A DNA stretch of 62,472 nt, filler included, from Nemertoderma westbladi (GCA_032718475.1; 3 parts of 3 records of this genome joined end to end with filler, not necessarily neighbours in it); one strand, 5' to 3'. Shown: positions 22,376-35,386, numbered from the whole stretch's first letter. The notes: generated by a model not told the origin, from the letters alone. Numbers and translations: made by a program.

Positions 22376-24434
22376 AAATCTGAATATTTGTAGGCCTTCT
22401 ACAAAACAAAATAAGTGAGTATAAAGATAATCCTAAAAGTCTATTGTCTACCCTGACATCTTTAGGGTATAAAAAATTGTTATGCAAGTGAACGGTGAGC
22501 ATATTCTCATTCTCATACTCTAGTTTAGTAATTAATTTAATTATTGTTTTACTAATGCTGCATATAAGGGCAATATAGAGGGCAGTAGAGGGCATAGTTG
22601 GGCTAGAAACAAGCGAATAAGGGTAACAAGATGCTCTGAATCGAGTGATGGGTTTTGTTTTCGTAAAACCACGAGGAAACGGTCGAAATGGCGGGTTTAA
22701 GTAAGAGCGGGAAGCCAATTTTGAAAATCGTCTGTGATTGGCTACTACATATTTTGACGTCACTACAAAATGATCTGATAATTGTTTATCTTGGTTTCTA
22801 TGGGCAGCGATTTTGATCCATTCAAATACACATTTAATCTCAATAATTTCACACGTGGCTTATATCAATTAAAAGCGGAGAGTCTGGAAATGACAGAAAT
22901 TGTAACTCATATTTTAATTTGCATTAAGTGTCCATGGAATTTGATCTAGTGCGCGAAATTTCACGCGGTAAAGTTTTTTAATTATTCTTTATTGACCTAC
23001 ATCTAAAGTATAAAATAAATTGTAAAAATGTATTATGCCCAATCACAACTGTATGTAATATATCTCCGTTGAAATTGAATATAATATACAGTATCTACAT
23101 ACTATATACTGTAATATAGTATCTACAGTACTGTAAGTACATCTGGAAAACAGCACTTATGCCACCACTTATCAGTACTACTGCAAAAAAGTGAATTCAT
23201 GTCAGATTATTTAGTGGCGGGGAGGAGATCCCTAAACGTACGTGTCCATGGGAACGAACATACAAAACAAAGGCTGCTCTTATAAAAGGTTCGAAACAGA
23301 GAACAGGGGAAACAGGAGAAACAGTGAAAAGAAAAGGGAGGGGAGGGATAATTTCATCATTAAATAATGATGACATTAATATCCATTTATTTGTACTGCC
23401 CACAACTGAACAGTGAATAATCTTACACATCATGGCATAGCCCTACCTGCCTACAGTGGTTATCCTCAACGCTACAGGCTATGGAGAATACTCAATCAAA
23501 GACGTGTTCCAGAAGTCCATTGTTTACTTTGCAGCTTTACCCCGCTACCAGAGCCAGAAGGATTGAAAAAATCACCGCCATTGCTTACCGGTAGATCTTT
23601 TGATAGGTTGATCATATTGTTTAATATGGTTACCCAAGCAACAGTTTTGAGGTTAGCTCTAATAAGCCTGCACTGCAGTACCGGTAGGCATAAACGTTTT
23701 GTTTTAAGTGTGAATAATACTGTATATGTGAATTGCATAATTCAGTAATTGCAGAATTGTCAGTATTGCAGGATGCCTACCTGCCTACAGCCCTACAGCG
23801 CAATACACAGGTACAGCAGTAGCGGTATAGTATAATTATCACTTCTCTACTTGGTTAAGAATTTACAACAGAAAGACTGACAGACAAAACTGCTGCAATT
23901 CAGCAATTGCTGTATTTCAGTATTCAGATATTAGTGCCAGACAGCCAGAGTGCTGCTGGTACCAGGTACCGCGGCACTGCTACTGCTGTACTGCATACTG
24001 ACTATGGACTAGGATCTCCTGATCTCATTATTACTGTAGCAGCGTAGTATCACCATTCTGCCAGTACGAATAATCGATAATAGTAAGTACCCAGTCAGCC
24101 AGTACCGGTCGGTACCTCTATGTTCTACTCGTCTACCGCCTGCCTACCGGTTGCCGGTAGGCCTACTGTCAACTGTACAAGCTGACAAGTAGGCTATTAT
24201 CGTTCCTTTCCTGTACAGTGCTATTGCAGTATGGGCCTACTCTTAACAGCCTAACGATTTAAATTTATTATATTTCAGAATTAGTACCGGAATACCGGTT
24301 TCTGGTTTGATTGATTGATTTAATTTTTTTCCAAATTAACATGGTTAAAATCACTGAATCGGTAACATAGATAGCACTGGTACGGTCAGACGGTTCCGTA
24401 GAAAATAGAAATATTAAGTTAAAAAAAAGGTAGT

Positions 24435-25000
24435 GTTAAACTAAAAGTATGTTAATCACCAATGTAAGTCAGATATTACAATTAAATATATGATCAAAAT
24501 ACAGTTGCGTTAAACTAAAAGTCAGAAAGTAAGTTAATCATCAATGTAAGTCAGATATTACAATTAAATATATGATTAAAATACAGTTGCGTTAAACTAA
24601 AAGTAAGTTAAAAGTTGACCACCAATGCAAGTCAGACATTACAATTAAATATAGGCCTATGATTAAAATACAGTTGCGTTAAACTAAAACAGTAAAAGTA
24701 AGTTAATCATCAATTTAAGTCAGATATTACAATTAAATATATGATTAAAATACAGTTGCGTTAAACTAAAAGTAAGTTAATCACCAATGTAAGTCAGATA
24801 TTACAATTAAATATATAATTAAAATACAGTTGCGTTAAACTAAAAGTAAGTTAATCACCAATGTAACTCAGATATTACATTAAATATATAATTAAAATAC
24901 AGTTGTGTTAAACTAAAAGCAAGTTAATCACCAATGTAAGTCAGATATTACAATTAAATATATAATTAAAATACAGTTGCATTAAACTGAAAGTAAGTCA
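24435..25000. repeat. ~74-bp AT-rich tandem repeat, about 7-8 copies
   Basis: Unit AGTAAGTTAATCACCAATGTAAGTCAGATATTACAATTAAATATATRATTAAAATACAGTTGCGTTAAACTAAA. Confidence 0.9.
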
Positions 25001-25287
25001 GTAAGTTCAAATTAAATAGCTGATGCTTTCTTTTAACGATAACAGGTAGTGTAAATATTAAGGTAACATTAAAATAACATTTGTTGATCTACCAATACAA
25101 GTAAAACTTTAAAGAGTATAATATACCAGTAGCCGTTACTATAATACTGTAATATATAGGGCCCAGCAGTTTACAGGTTTAAACTTGCTTTGCATTCTGT
25201 GTACGCTGTGCGGTACTCAGTACTGTTCATAATTTAGTAATTACCGGACCGGAAAATTTCTTCATATATTTTATATAATATCAGAGA

Positions 25288-25356
25288 ATGGACGACTTCC
25301 AATCGAGTGAAGAAACCGCTTTTGTTGTGGATGAAGTCAGTAATATAATAAAGGAG
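25288..25356 (+). CDS. DYNLT1: Dynein light chain Tctex-type 1, coding exon 1
   Basis: MDDFQSSEETAFVVDEVSNIIKE followed by GT donor at 25357 (phase 0); near-identical to the known Tctex-1 N-terminus. Confidence 0.93.
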
Positions 25357-25599
25357 GTTTGTACTTTGTATTAATCTGTATCTTACAGTACTGCACTATG
25401 CCCATATATTTATGAGTACGGTATGGTATGTGGTTTCGGTGTGGCCGGTGGCGCTGTCGGATATCTTCATGTCGGTTAGTGTTAGTTAGTAATATTCATA
25501 CGTCAGTAAAGATTTTTCCAGCCTTTTCTAGTAGAAATTCGAATTCTAGGAATTCGAAAAGTTATTTTATAGGTAGAGTGTATATATATATATATATAT

Positions 25600-26270
25600 T
25601 ATGGAATATTAAAACATAAAATATAGAATAAACCTCCAAAAAAGCTAATCTGGGCCTATTAAAACTTGAAAAAAGCTCGTAAACATACACGCATTAAAAA
25701 TCATGATTATAGGCCTACGTATAGATTAGGTAGTGTTGGTGCTACATGAATGTTTTAGAAATTAAATTTGCACATAATTCTGGCTTTGGGATAAATTACT
25801 GTAAAAGTAAGTGGTCCACTAAACTATCTCACAAATAAAATAAGTCCAATTCTGTAATTTTAGAGAACATTACATTCATATATGTATCCACTATCCATTG
25901 ACTAAAAATTCGAAAAGACAAAAAAAGCATGAAAGAATGTCCACAAAAACACACAGAAACCCGCAAACAAAAAAGCAGCGCGGATACGTGCCGCCACAAA
26001 TTTATACATATAATTATTTTTTTAGAAATGAATTATATTATTATTATACTGTTATATTAATATTATTATTATTATATTTCAAATATACGGACTACAGTAC
26101 AATTACTACTACTTTACTATTTAAAAAAAATAATTAATTTTTTTCATAAGTCGACCAGATGCTTTTTTATGTGAGATGAGGGTTTTAGTGCGGTTTTATC
26201 TTGAGCTTTTTTCAAGTTTATTCATTAGCTTTATTTGGTGCTTTATTCTATATTTTAGATTTTAAAATTC
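25600..26270. mobile_element. Degenerate MITE-like inverted repeat in DYNLT1 intron 1
   Basis: AAAATATAGAATAAA..AAAGCTAAT..AAACTTGAAAAAAGCTC (25615-25680) is mirrored by GAGCTTTTTTCAAGTTT..ATTAGCTTT..TTTATTCTATATTTT (26200-26256). Ends approximate. Confidence 0.55.
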
Positions 26271-26420
26271 TCAGATTTTTTGAAGCAGTAAATTTCTCTA
26301 AATTGATCTAACATACTAGTCCTGGGTACTAGTATGTTAGCCCTCAAGTTTAAATATTGCATGGAATGTTGGATTGGGTTGGTATTATATTGTTTTTTTT
26401 ATGTTATGTTACTTTCATAT

Positions 26421-26899
26421 TAGTGTAGCAACGGGGTCGGGATTCGGGATTGTAACTGTCGGGATCCCGATTTTCGGGGCCGGGGTCCGGATTTTTAATT
26501 TTAATTTAATTTTATTAATTTTTATTTTACTCATCCAAAACTTAAAATATCTGCCGTGCCCTCTTTATAGGAGTACAGAAACTTTCGAGAAATCTACTGC
26601 AGTCTGACTGAATCGCTGCCACATAAAAATGTTTATCATATTCAAAAACAGCAGCAATTCTACCTTCGATTAATTATAATAGACATTCATGTATATCTGT
26701 AGCACAATAGGTGATTATAAAAGCAAAAAGGTTACCTATTCTTTTACTTTATTATTCATTATTTATGTTTTTGTTATTGGAAGAAATTGTACATTTTTAT
26801 ACAACTTTGCAATGACATATAAATTTAGATATAGCGAATCCCGAAAAATGCCGATATTTTTCCATCGGGAATTTCCATCGGGATCCCGTTGCAACACTA
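26421..26899. mobile_element. hAT-like MITE (479 bp)
   Basis: TIR TAGTGTAGCAACGGG / CCCGTTGCAACACTA; 8-bp TSD TTTCATAT at 26413-26420 and 26900-26907. Confidence 0.88.
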
Positions 26900-27022
26900 T
26901 TTCATATAATTGAATTTTGAGGACATTTTGGGTTTAATGGCTCTTATTACTCGCTGGTAGCTAATTGGAATAATGTCGATAATAATATATGTTGCTTATG
27001 ATTTTGCTGATTAATTTTTCAG

Positions 27023-27146
27023 TCTATAGAGAATACGATTGGTGGATCGGCTTATCAACATAATAAAGTGAACCAATGGACGGCCACTGTAGTCGAATCC
27101 TGCCTCAATCAACTCACTAAATTAAATAAGCCTTTCAAATATATAG
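27023..27146 (+). CDS. DYNLT1: Dynein light chain Tctex-type 1, coding exon 2
   Basis: TTTTTCAG acceptor; SIENTIGGSAYQHNKVNQWTATVVESCLNQLTKLNKPFKYI; GTGAGT donor (phase 1). Confidence 0.95.
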
Positions 27147-27528
27147 GTGAGTCAGTATCACTTAGTATTAACAGCGATTTGTGTAACCTGGGATTTTAGT
27201 TAAAACCTGGTATTCTTCACATGGGGGTAAACTGCAAAGTGAAATATAACAGCAGAAAGTCTGGTATACTATACATCACATGGGCCCGGACTTGTAGCTG
27301 TAGGACAGACAGGCGTGTGGGTTGGGGGGGGTCTATATTAATATATCTGGCCCTAAAAGTCAACTCTAGGTGTCACTCAGTGTTAGACACACCAATCTGA
27401 CTCGGTCTTTCATAAAGTGTCACGTAAATTGGAATCCATCTGGTGGTTCCCCCTAGCCCTAAGTGACATACGGTACTTTAAGAAGTAGCCCATAGTGATT
27501 TTTGCTCCACTTTCATTAATGACTATTT

Positions 27529-29629
27529 CTGCCGTGCAATGTAAACAGACCGCAAGTCGCATTTTTCCAAAATTCACTTTTTCTGGCTCTATAAAATGCG
27601 CTCTATCTATTGGTATAACCGAGAACCCTGTATCTACTGTACTTCTCGAGATATGCAATGTCGAGAGGCCGTAAGTACAATACAAAAGACCGCAACAACT
27701 TAATTAAATTTAGGCAAAAAACCGTAAGTCACAAGACTTGCGGTGTTTTGTCATCATATAGCTCTATGCTACCTACCGACTCGAGAATAGACATTGCAAT
27801 TGCATTAAGATAAAACCCTAAGTAAACGTGACTACATTTTAATATTTAATTAGGATTATATCCTTGTAGTGGTACCCCAAACAGTTTTGTTCTCATATTA
27901 TTTATTGCGTATTGTTGATTGATGATAATAGTAAAATACTATAGCACCGACCTATGTCTCCATAATTAAATTTTTTAATTTTTTATAATTATTCATCTGT
28001 ATCTTTGAGTTGGGTTTATTGGGAAACCCGAGATTTTGTGACTTTTCCTAAAATTTAATGGGCCATCCAATAGAACAAAGCGAGATCTGTTTGTATGCAT
28101 TTTCATACATAACCTGAAGAAGCCCTGTTGGGAGAAAGCTTGTAATAACTGTTGTTATTAATTCCATTAGTCACCTGAGGTCAACCCGCCCTAGCATAAC
28201 TAAGAATCCATTCTAAGTGCTTTAAACGAGATCAAAATGTAAAAAGTCATAATGTTAAGTCCAGAGGCTGACCAATTAATAATCAAAGAGACTAGATTCT
28301 ATCGAACATAAAAATGACTTTGGATATGAAATCACGAACCTCGAAAACCACCATAATGAAAAGTATAGCTCAGTGATGTAACTTCCTTCATGCCAGACAT
28401 TATTAACCAACCAGACCCCATACGGGCAGTTTGGTGTGGGAATGTTTAAACTTTCAAGGCCATTTTCTCGGAATGAAAGTTTTTCACGCAAAAAAATACT
28501 ACTCCTCTGTCGTTTAACCTTTTTTTGTAATTTTCGCTTCATATGACGGGTAATTTAATAAATTTCGACAAATTTCCGGCAGTTTTTTTTTTATTTCATA
28601 ATATTTCCCCGTGCCCAAGTTGTTTTGTTTATTTATTATTGTCTATTATAAAACCGCAGGGGGGGGGGGGGGGGGGGGGGGTGTGCCTCCCCCCACCCCC
28701 AAAATTTATGCATTAAATTTATACAATGCAAAAACACCGGAACTGACAGACTTGCGGTGTTTTGTCATTGTGACTTTTGTTTTGTCATTGTGACATTTTT
28801 TTACATTGTAGCCAGTGCTATTCAACTAATTTTGTAGTGACAAATTTTGTAGTTTTAACTAAACCCAACTAAATAATTAAAAATGACTAGTTAACTAACT
28901 TTTTCAACTAATTCTGAGGTGTCTAGTTAAATAAAAGTTAAAAAGTTAACTAAGTTAACTAAAACTTAACTAAAACACAATTTTGAAAAATTCATGTAAC
29001 CATGGCAACGGGTTGTTATACAACAATTACGGTATCGACAGTCACCGGTAGGTACATTAATTAGCACTACTTCACTAGAAGTAGAACCAGGCAACCATGG
29101 CCTCTGATAGGGTGATATGTAAACGGCAAATAGGCCTCTGATAGAGAGGCCATTACTTTTAAGAAGGCCGAATAGTACAGTGTGATCGGTGATGGTGGTA
29201 TGGCTAGAGTTTGGAATTTAGTTAGAATTTAGTTGAAAGTTCAACTATTTTCTTCAAAAAACGCTTTAACAACTAACTAAATTCGTCGCGACAAATTAAC
29301 TAAAACCACTTTAACTAAATAACACCAAATGACAACTTAACTAGTTGACCTTTCAACTAGTTGAACAGCACTGATTGTAGCCAATGTATTTACATGCAGG
29401 TTGTACAATGCAAAAACGCCGAAAGTACAACAAATAACCCTGAAGACAAAGTATTAATGGAAAGCGAAAAATAATCACGTAGAAAAATTTTCCACCCCCA
29501 ATTGCGTAGGGTTATAAAAAAATAGTAATTTACGGAGATTTTAAACCCACAATCTGAAGGCAAACAGTAATTTGCGTTTTACTCGAAATGACTTTTTGTG
29601 ACTTGCGGTCTTTTCACATTGCACGGCAG
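27529..29629. mobile_element. Non-autonomous DNA transposon, Sola1-like (2.1 kb), in DYNLT1 intron 2
   Basis: About 33-bp TIR CTGCCGTGCAATGTRAAMAGACCGCAAGTCRCA at both ends; 4-bp TSD ATTT, fitting the AWWT target known for Sola1; internal repeats of GACCGCAAGTC. Superfamily inferred from the TSD only. Confidence 0.75.
28813..29373. mobile_element. hAT-like MITE (561 bp) nested in the Sola-like element
   Basis: TIR CAGTGCTATTCAACTA / TAGTTGAACAGCACTG; 8-bp TSD ATTGTAGC at 28805-28812 and 29374-29381; AACTA subterminal motifs. Confidence 0.88.
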
Positions 29630-30189
29630 ATTTATTCTATGTATTATATATTATATATTAACTTGTTTAGGTTTTTTACTTTTTCTCCACTCTATCCTGA
29701 ATCCGTACCAGTGATAAACTCCTCTCCCCTGTCAACATTTTTTATCAGAACGCTCCTAAAATTGTAACATCCTTTGTTCAACCTATTGTGACCAACTTGG
29801 AAAAATTATTTTCAATTTATTGGTATTTCCGCTTCGCGCAGCACGTCATAAACTCAAGAGTTTTTTTTAATTTTTGCAAAAAATGTAATTTTAAAATGTG
29901 CGACATTTCCTAAATTTTCATTAAATTTATCTGAAGTTCGTTATTCAGGGAGTCCATCGTAGATATTTAATGAGGTTACAAAATTTTATCATGAGATGTC
30001 GATTTTCCCTTCACGCAGCGTGAGGAGGCGTGAGGAAAACTCTTTTTCAATTATACATTTTTCATGTATTACGCATTCTTCTAGAGGACTACACACAACA
30101 CATAAATCATACATACGTCCAGTGCATGGTGCATTGGAGGGATACAATGCTCATTTAACAAATGATGCACCATACCGGTACATTTCAAT

Positions 30190-30740
30190 TTCTGTAACAA
30201 TATCGTTTATTGTTTTAGTTAGAAAAGTCCGCTTCTGTAACATGTTCCTTTCCCTCAATTGGTAACAATATAGTTTATTGTTTTGGTTAGAAAATTCCGC
30301 CTCTGTAACATGTTCCTTTCCCTCAATTGGTAACAATATAGTTTATTGTTTTGATTAGAAAAGTCCGCCTCTGTGGCATGTTCCTTTCCCTCAATTGGTA
30401 ACAATATAGTTTATTGTTTTGATTAGAAAAATCCGCCTCTGTGACATGTTCCTTTTCCTCAATTGGTAACAATATAGTTTATTGTTTTGATTAGAAAAGT
30501 CCGCCTCTGTGACATGTTCCTTTCCCTCAATTGGTAATAAAATAGTGTTTATTGTTTTGGTTAGAAAAGTCCGACTCTGTAATATGTTCCTTTCCCTCAA
30601 TTTGTAACAATATAGTTTATTGTTTTGATTAGAAAATTCCGCCTCTGTAACGTGTTCCTTTCCCTCAATTTGTAACAATATCGTTTATTGTTTTGGTTAT
30701 AAAAGTCCGCCTCGTGGCCTCTGTAACCTGCTCCTTTCCC
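30190..30740 (-). repeat. ~59-bp satellite, about 9 copies, reverse orientation
   Basis: Unit CCGCCTCTGTAACATGTTCCTTTCCCTCAATTGGTAACAATATAGTTTATTGTTTTGRTTAGAAAA. Confidence 0.88.
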
Positions 30741-30983
30741 CGCAGCGCCGCAGGGTATAAATAAGTCTTTCCCCGCGGGCATAGATAAATAGCCAGAATG
30801 GTAATTAAAAGCAAAAGTGTGCCCATGTGAAGAATGGTATACTTCACATGGGCCCATAAGTGTTTCACCACGGCCAGGGCATGGGGAAAATTGACAAAAG
30901 AAATGCCTCCACTGCCTGGCTGTCTCCATCTTTCCAAGATCGCATTAATAAATATAATTATTATTGGGTTTATTTGTTTTTAG

Positions 30984-31132
30984 TGACGTGCGTTCTGATG
31001 CAGAAGAATGGAGCAGGATTACACACAGCCTCCAGTTGTTACTGGGACAATAGCTCAGACGGTAGCTGCACTGTGCGATGGGAAAACAAAACTATGTATT
31101 GCATAGTTTCGGTTTTCGGTTTAGCTATATAG
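30984..31132 (+). CDS. DYNLT1: Dynein light chain Tctex-type 1, final coding exon (spliced protein 113 aa)
   Basis: TTTTTAG acceptor; (V)[48 protein letters not shown]; phase matches exon 2. AATAAA at 31492-31497. Confidence 0.96.
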
Positions 31133-31951
31133 AGATACCGATTCAACTCATCTTATTCAATCTTTTATTTTACTATGAACTGGTGTTTCTTACATTGTCT
31201 TTTGTTGTTTATATTATATTATTAATGGAAGACAATAATGCGTCTCTCTACTCCAATATGCCTTTGTTTGTGAGTATCGAGGCGTAATTATGTTACTATT
31301 TTTATCATAATTTGTTTCTAGTTGGATGTTTTTTAATATATTATATACAGTATTATTGATTATTATTTAAGGTACTCTCGCTCACGCCTGGAATGTAACC
31401 ACCATTGGTAATTATTGTTATTTTTGACTAAATTTAATATAAATTATATTCCTTCATTGTGTGAATATTATCATTTTGGTAGCGTTGAAATAATAAAGCT
31501 GGTGAGCTGGGCCTTTGTAATTTTCGGATTTATTTACTAAATAACTAAATTTGCGCGGGAAGCATAGAAGATACCCGCATGTCATAAATCCTCTGTGCGC
31601 CTTTGGGTTCTGGGGTGATGCAGATTAAGAGGGGAGGAACTCAGGAGAGAGAGAATGGGAGGAAGTTTCCCCTCTTCTTTGATTTATTGGCGGTTTGGTT
31701 AAATTCCTTAATCCCGATTTTGTAATAGAATCGTTCGATATTAATTTGTATCGCATAACTTAACCTCGTGCTGCGCAAAGGCCCCCGTGTTCGTTTCAAT
31801 TGTTCACGACGTGTTCAATTCGCTACTAATTCCCAATGACGTTTAGGTTAGAATAGCCTCGTATCAATGCGGCTCTGTAGATTTTGTCATTATTGTTTAT
31901 CTGTTCCATTTTGATCATTAAATCGCCATCCTCGCGTTTCTGCTATGTGAA

Positions 31952-32051
31952 NNNNNNNNNNNNNNNNNNNNNNNNNNNNNNNNNNNNNNNNNNNNTTAAT
32001 TAATTAANNNNNNNNNNNNNNNNNNNNNNNNNNNNNNNNNNNNNNNNNNNN
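31952..32051. other. Assembly spacer (44 N + TTAATTAATTAA + 44 N)
   Basis: The same 100-bp construct recurs at 46503; the linker places stops in all six frames. Confidence 0.97.
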
Positions 32052-32560
32052 CTGTGCCGGCTTATCGACAAAATTGCACCGCCCCAACTCCCTATCACCC
32101 ATGACATTTGTTAGATCATCCGCATCTTCAAGACCAGTGTCCTTTAAGATACGTCTCAAGAAAGTCATGGGCTGTCCACCATGCTTATTCACTCCATGAG
32201 GCTACCAAAGTACAAGATTATGCACTGGCTGGTCCTCACGGCGAAAGCAATGTCCTGCAAAGCGGAGGCGATTTTGTTCTAGTGTCAAGCTTGGGGAACC
32301 AATGAGACACCTCCAATGTTATATATAGTGTCTGGTTGGAGATGTGTGCATTGTACTCGACTGCACTGGACTGCAATGAACCCTGCGTAGCAATCTTGTG
32401 AATGTGCCATCCAGAGATTTGGTGTCCTCAGCAGTTAAGAGCCCAGCATGGACTCCCATAGAGGAGTACTGGAACTACTGCTGCTCTAAATAATCGGACC
32501 TTAAGTTTCCGATTAATTCTCGTTGACTTCCAAATCCTATTTAAGGCTGCCCATGCCTTT
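32052..32560 (-). pseudogene. Decayed RTE-like LINE ORF2 C-terminal fragment
   Basis: Minus-strand remnants IWKSTRINRKLKVRLFRAAVVPVLLYGS..W and GGQPMTFLRRILKDTGLEDADDLTNVMGDR, typical of the RTE post-RT region. Confidence 0.7.
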
Positions 32561-32584
32561 CCCTTACGCCAACCGGCATAGTAT

Positions 32585-32820
32585 AAATCGGTGCCGTAGC
32601 CTCAAGTGCTACTGGGAGACGGATAGCCCAGTAATCACATTGACTTATGACATTTTTAACGGTCAGACTCGGATGCAATTTTGTGACATAGAATAGACAA
32701 TACTGCACCTCACAACCGGGACATACATACAGATATGACAGCCAGATTGTAGTAGCCACAATTATTTTTGAATTTCCCTCCGCTTTCTATGATTCTATGT
32801 TCATGATGTTGCGAAGTTAA
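32585..32820. repeat. Dispersed repeat, second copy at 44785-45030
   Basis: AAATCGGTGCCGTAGCCTCAAGTGCTACTG..GAGACGGATAGCCC...CAGCCAGATTGTAGTAGCCACAATTATTTTTGAATTTCCCTC is shared by both loci. Confidence 0.8.
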
Positions 32821-33074
32821 GGCAGTGATTTTTTATGTCCTTTTATTTGACTTTTTTGTCCGCATTTTTTTACGAATTCTGCATAATGACTTTTGTTGTC
32901 CCTTTAATGACTTGATTTCACTATGCCTGTGCCAAAACATTCAAAATTTTGTTGCTTTCTTGACTGTCAGACAGTTTAATTTATACAATATAATTGTGGC
33001 AAAACATTCAAAATTCCATAATTTATGGACTATGAAATAGATTTCCATATGCCGTAGCAAAACACTCATTTTAT

Positions 33075-33860
33075 AGCCAAAAACAATTACCAATTGATAG
33101 AAAGGAGCAGGTTAGAGAGGCCGGATTTTCTAACCAAAACAATTAACAGTCACTTTACCAAATGAAGGAAAGGAGCAGGTTACATAGGCGGGCCTTTCTA
33201 ACCAAAACAATAAACGGTCACTTTACCAAATCAGGGAAAAGAGCAGGTTACAGAGGCGGGATTTTCAAATAAAAACAATAAACGATCATTTAACTAATTA
33301 AGTTAAAAGAGCAGGTTACAGAGGCGGGATTTTCTAACCAAAACAATAAACAGTCACTTTACCAAATGAAGGAAAGAAGCAGGTTACAGAGGCGGGCCTT
33401 TCTAACCAAAACAATAAACGGCCACTTTACCAAATCAGGGAAAGGAGCATGTTACAGAGGCGGGATTTTCTAACCAAAACAATAAACGATCATTTAACTA
33501 ATTGAGGGAAAGGAACGGGTTACAGGGGCGGGATTTTCTAACCAAAACAATAAACAGTCACGTTACCAAATGAAGGAAAGGAGCAGGTTACAGAGGCGGG
33601 CCTTTCTAACCAAAACAATAAACGTTCACTTTAGCAAATCAGGGAAAGGAGCAGGTTACAGAGGCGGGATTTTCTAACCAAAACAATAAACAGTCAATTT
33701 ACCAAATGAAGATGGTTACAAAGATGGTCTTTTCTAACCAAAACCATAAATAATAACATTACCAATTGGCAATTGAGGGAAAGGAACAGGTTACCGAGAC
33801 GGGCTTTTCTAACCAACACAATAAACGATCACTTCACCCATTGTAGAAAAGGAGCATTTT
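33075..33860 (+). repeat. ~59-bp satellite, about 12-13 copies
   Basis: Unit GGAAAGGAGCAGGTTACAGAGGCGGGATTTTCTAACCAAAACAATAAACRGTCACTTTACCAAAT; same family as 30190-30740. Confidence 0.88.
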
Positions 33861-34347
33861 ACGGCGGTATTATTTTACATTATGTACGTATTTATCATTT
33901 ATTGGGACAACCCCATGCTTTTTAGAACCGACCCGATATTTTCGATATCAGTGTATTTTCGCTATCAAATTGAGAATAATTAGATTTTTCGAACACATTG
34001 TATGAGGACTGATCTGTGAGTTTAGAACTACATTATAGATTGAGCGTTACCACTACAGCTACCCAAAACATTACAGTAGTAATGATCCATTTTAAATGCA
34101 TTATCCAGATAAGTATAAATTATCTAAAATTTATTAATTATGTAAAACTGTAAAAGTAAAATTAAAATTCTGAAATAAGTTTATTAATTACCATCATTCT
34201 CCCCTTTACAACTGTTTAGGCTACATATCAGAGTACTGGTATCAGTATCTATTGTACAGGAGCTGAGTACAGTAGTATAATGCTATATAATTCTATCTAA
34301 GGCATAGGCTTTATACCAACAGACAATACAGTAATACTGCAAAATAC

Positions 34348-35386
34348 GGGTAAATCTTTTCGACCTACGCGTAGGCCTACACGTAGCTACGCGTAGTTCG
34401 CAACATTGGGTCATATATCACCAGTTTCAGAGTTTTAACATTAACTACGTGTAGGTGCTACGCGTAGGTGCTACCCATAACTATGCCTATACGTCGTTTA
34501 TCATTAGTAGGCCTACGTATTCCAAGCGAGTCAGTATTAAAATAAGACCATACGGTATGTTCAATAAACAACCCACAACCATCAAATGCTTTCAACAGTA
34601 ATGTATCCTATACCTGTATACTCTATATAGAGGAATACGCTAAGACTTCATATTCTTCACTTCATACGTTGCGGGCGCTAAAATGTGTTAATAATGTTTA
34701 GAGTTCAAAAATAGTTTACAAAGGAAATAGGCCGATGGTTCTTATCGATTCTCTATGCTTTTTATTGCCTTTGTTCACGATTGGGCAAGGATATATTTAA
34801 TATGTTAACCCCTTGAAAAGGGAAAGGGGAGACTAAATTGTCTACCATGATTGGTTGCACTTGTTATTTGACCAAACAATTGAATTATATGCAGTATTTA
34901 TCAGCTTTCGCTTAACCACTTCACCGGTAGATTGGTGGCTTACTCCGCTTACTACTGTAGAATATTTACATAATCCAATGGAAACAAAGATACTTGAATC
35001 ATGAGACGTGAATTTTAAGTCTACTTATATTCACATCCTGTTTTTGTATGTGAAAGAGCCGAATATTATTTATTACCAGTGCTGTATGTAGAGATATGAG
35101 TTTCCGATTCTGTTATTCCATTTGTCTGATAATCAGATACCTGACATATACCGATACTTGCCTAACAACTCAACCCTACCGGCCTGAAATGAAAAGTCAT
35201 TGTTATCTGGACTGCTACGCGTAGCACCTACGCGTAGTTCCAAAATAAATACGCGTAGTTTTAAAACACCTACGCGTAGTTGTTAAAAAGGCAGTAAGTC
35301 TGGCCCTACCGGTAAATGACAGGAATGGAAGTTACAAACTACGCGTAGCTATGCGTAGGCCTACGCATAGGTGAAAAGATTTACCC
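34348..35386. mobile_element. Mutator (MULE)-like non-autonomous element (1039 bp)
   Basis: TIR GGGTAAATCTTTTC..CCTACGCGTAGGCCTAC / GTAGGCCTACGCATAGGTGAAAAGATTTACCC; 9-bp TSD GCAAAATAC at 34339-34347 and 35387-35395; CTACGCGTAG palindromes in the subterminal regions. Confidence 0.85.

Noticed and set aside
23197-23748. Short ORFs upstream of DYNLT1, including a signal-peptide-like MAVIFSILLALVAG on the minus strand
   Set aside because: No recognisable homology and no downstream exon found.
24435-25000. CRISPR-like appearance of this and other regular arrays
   Set aside because: Units are contiguous tandem repeats without unique spacers; eukaryotic context, no cas genes.
31996-32007. TTAATTAATTAA between N runs as a biological motif
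   Set aside because: Identical in both gaps; an artificial six-frame stop linker.
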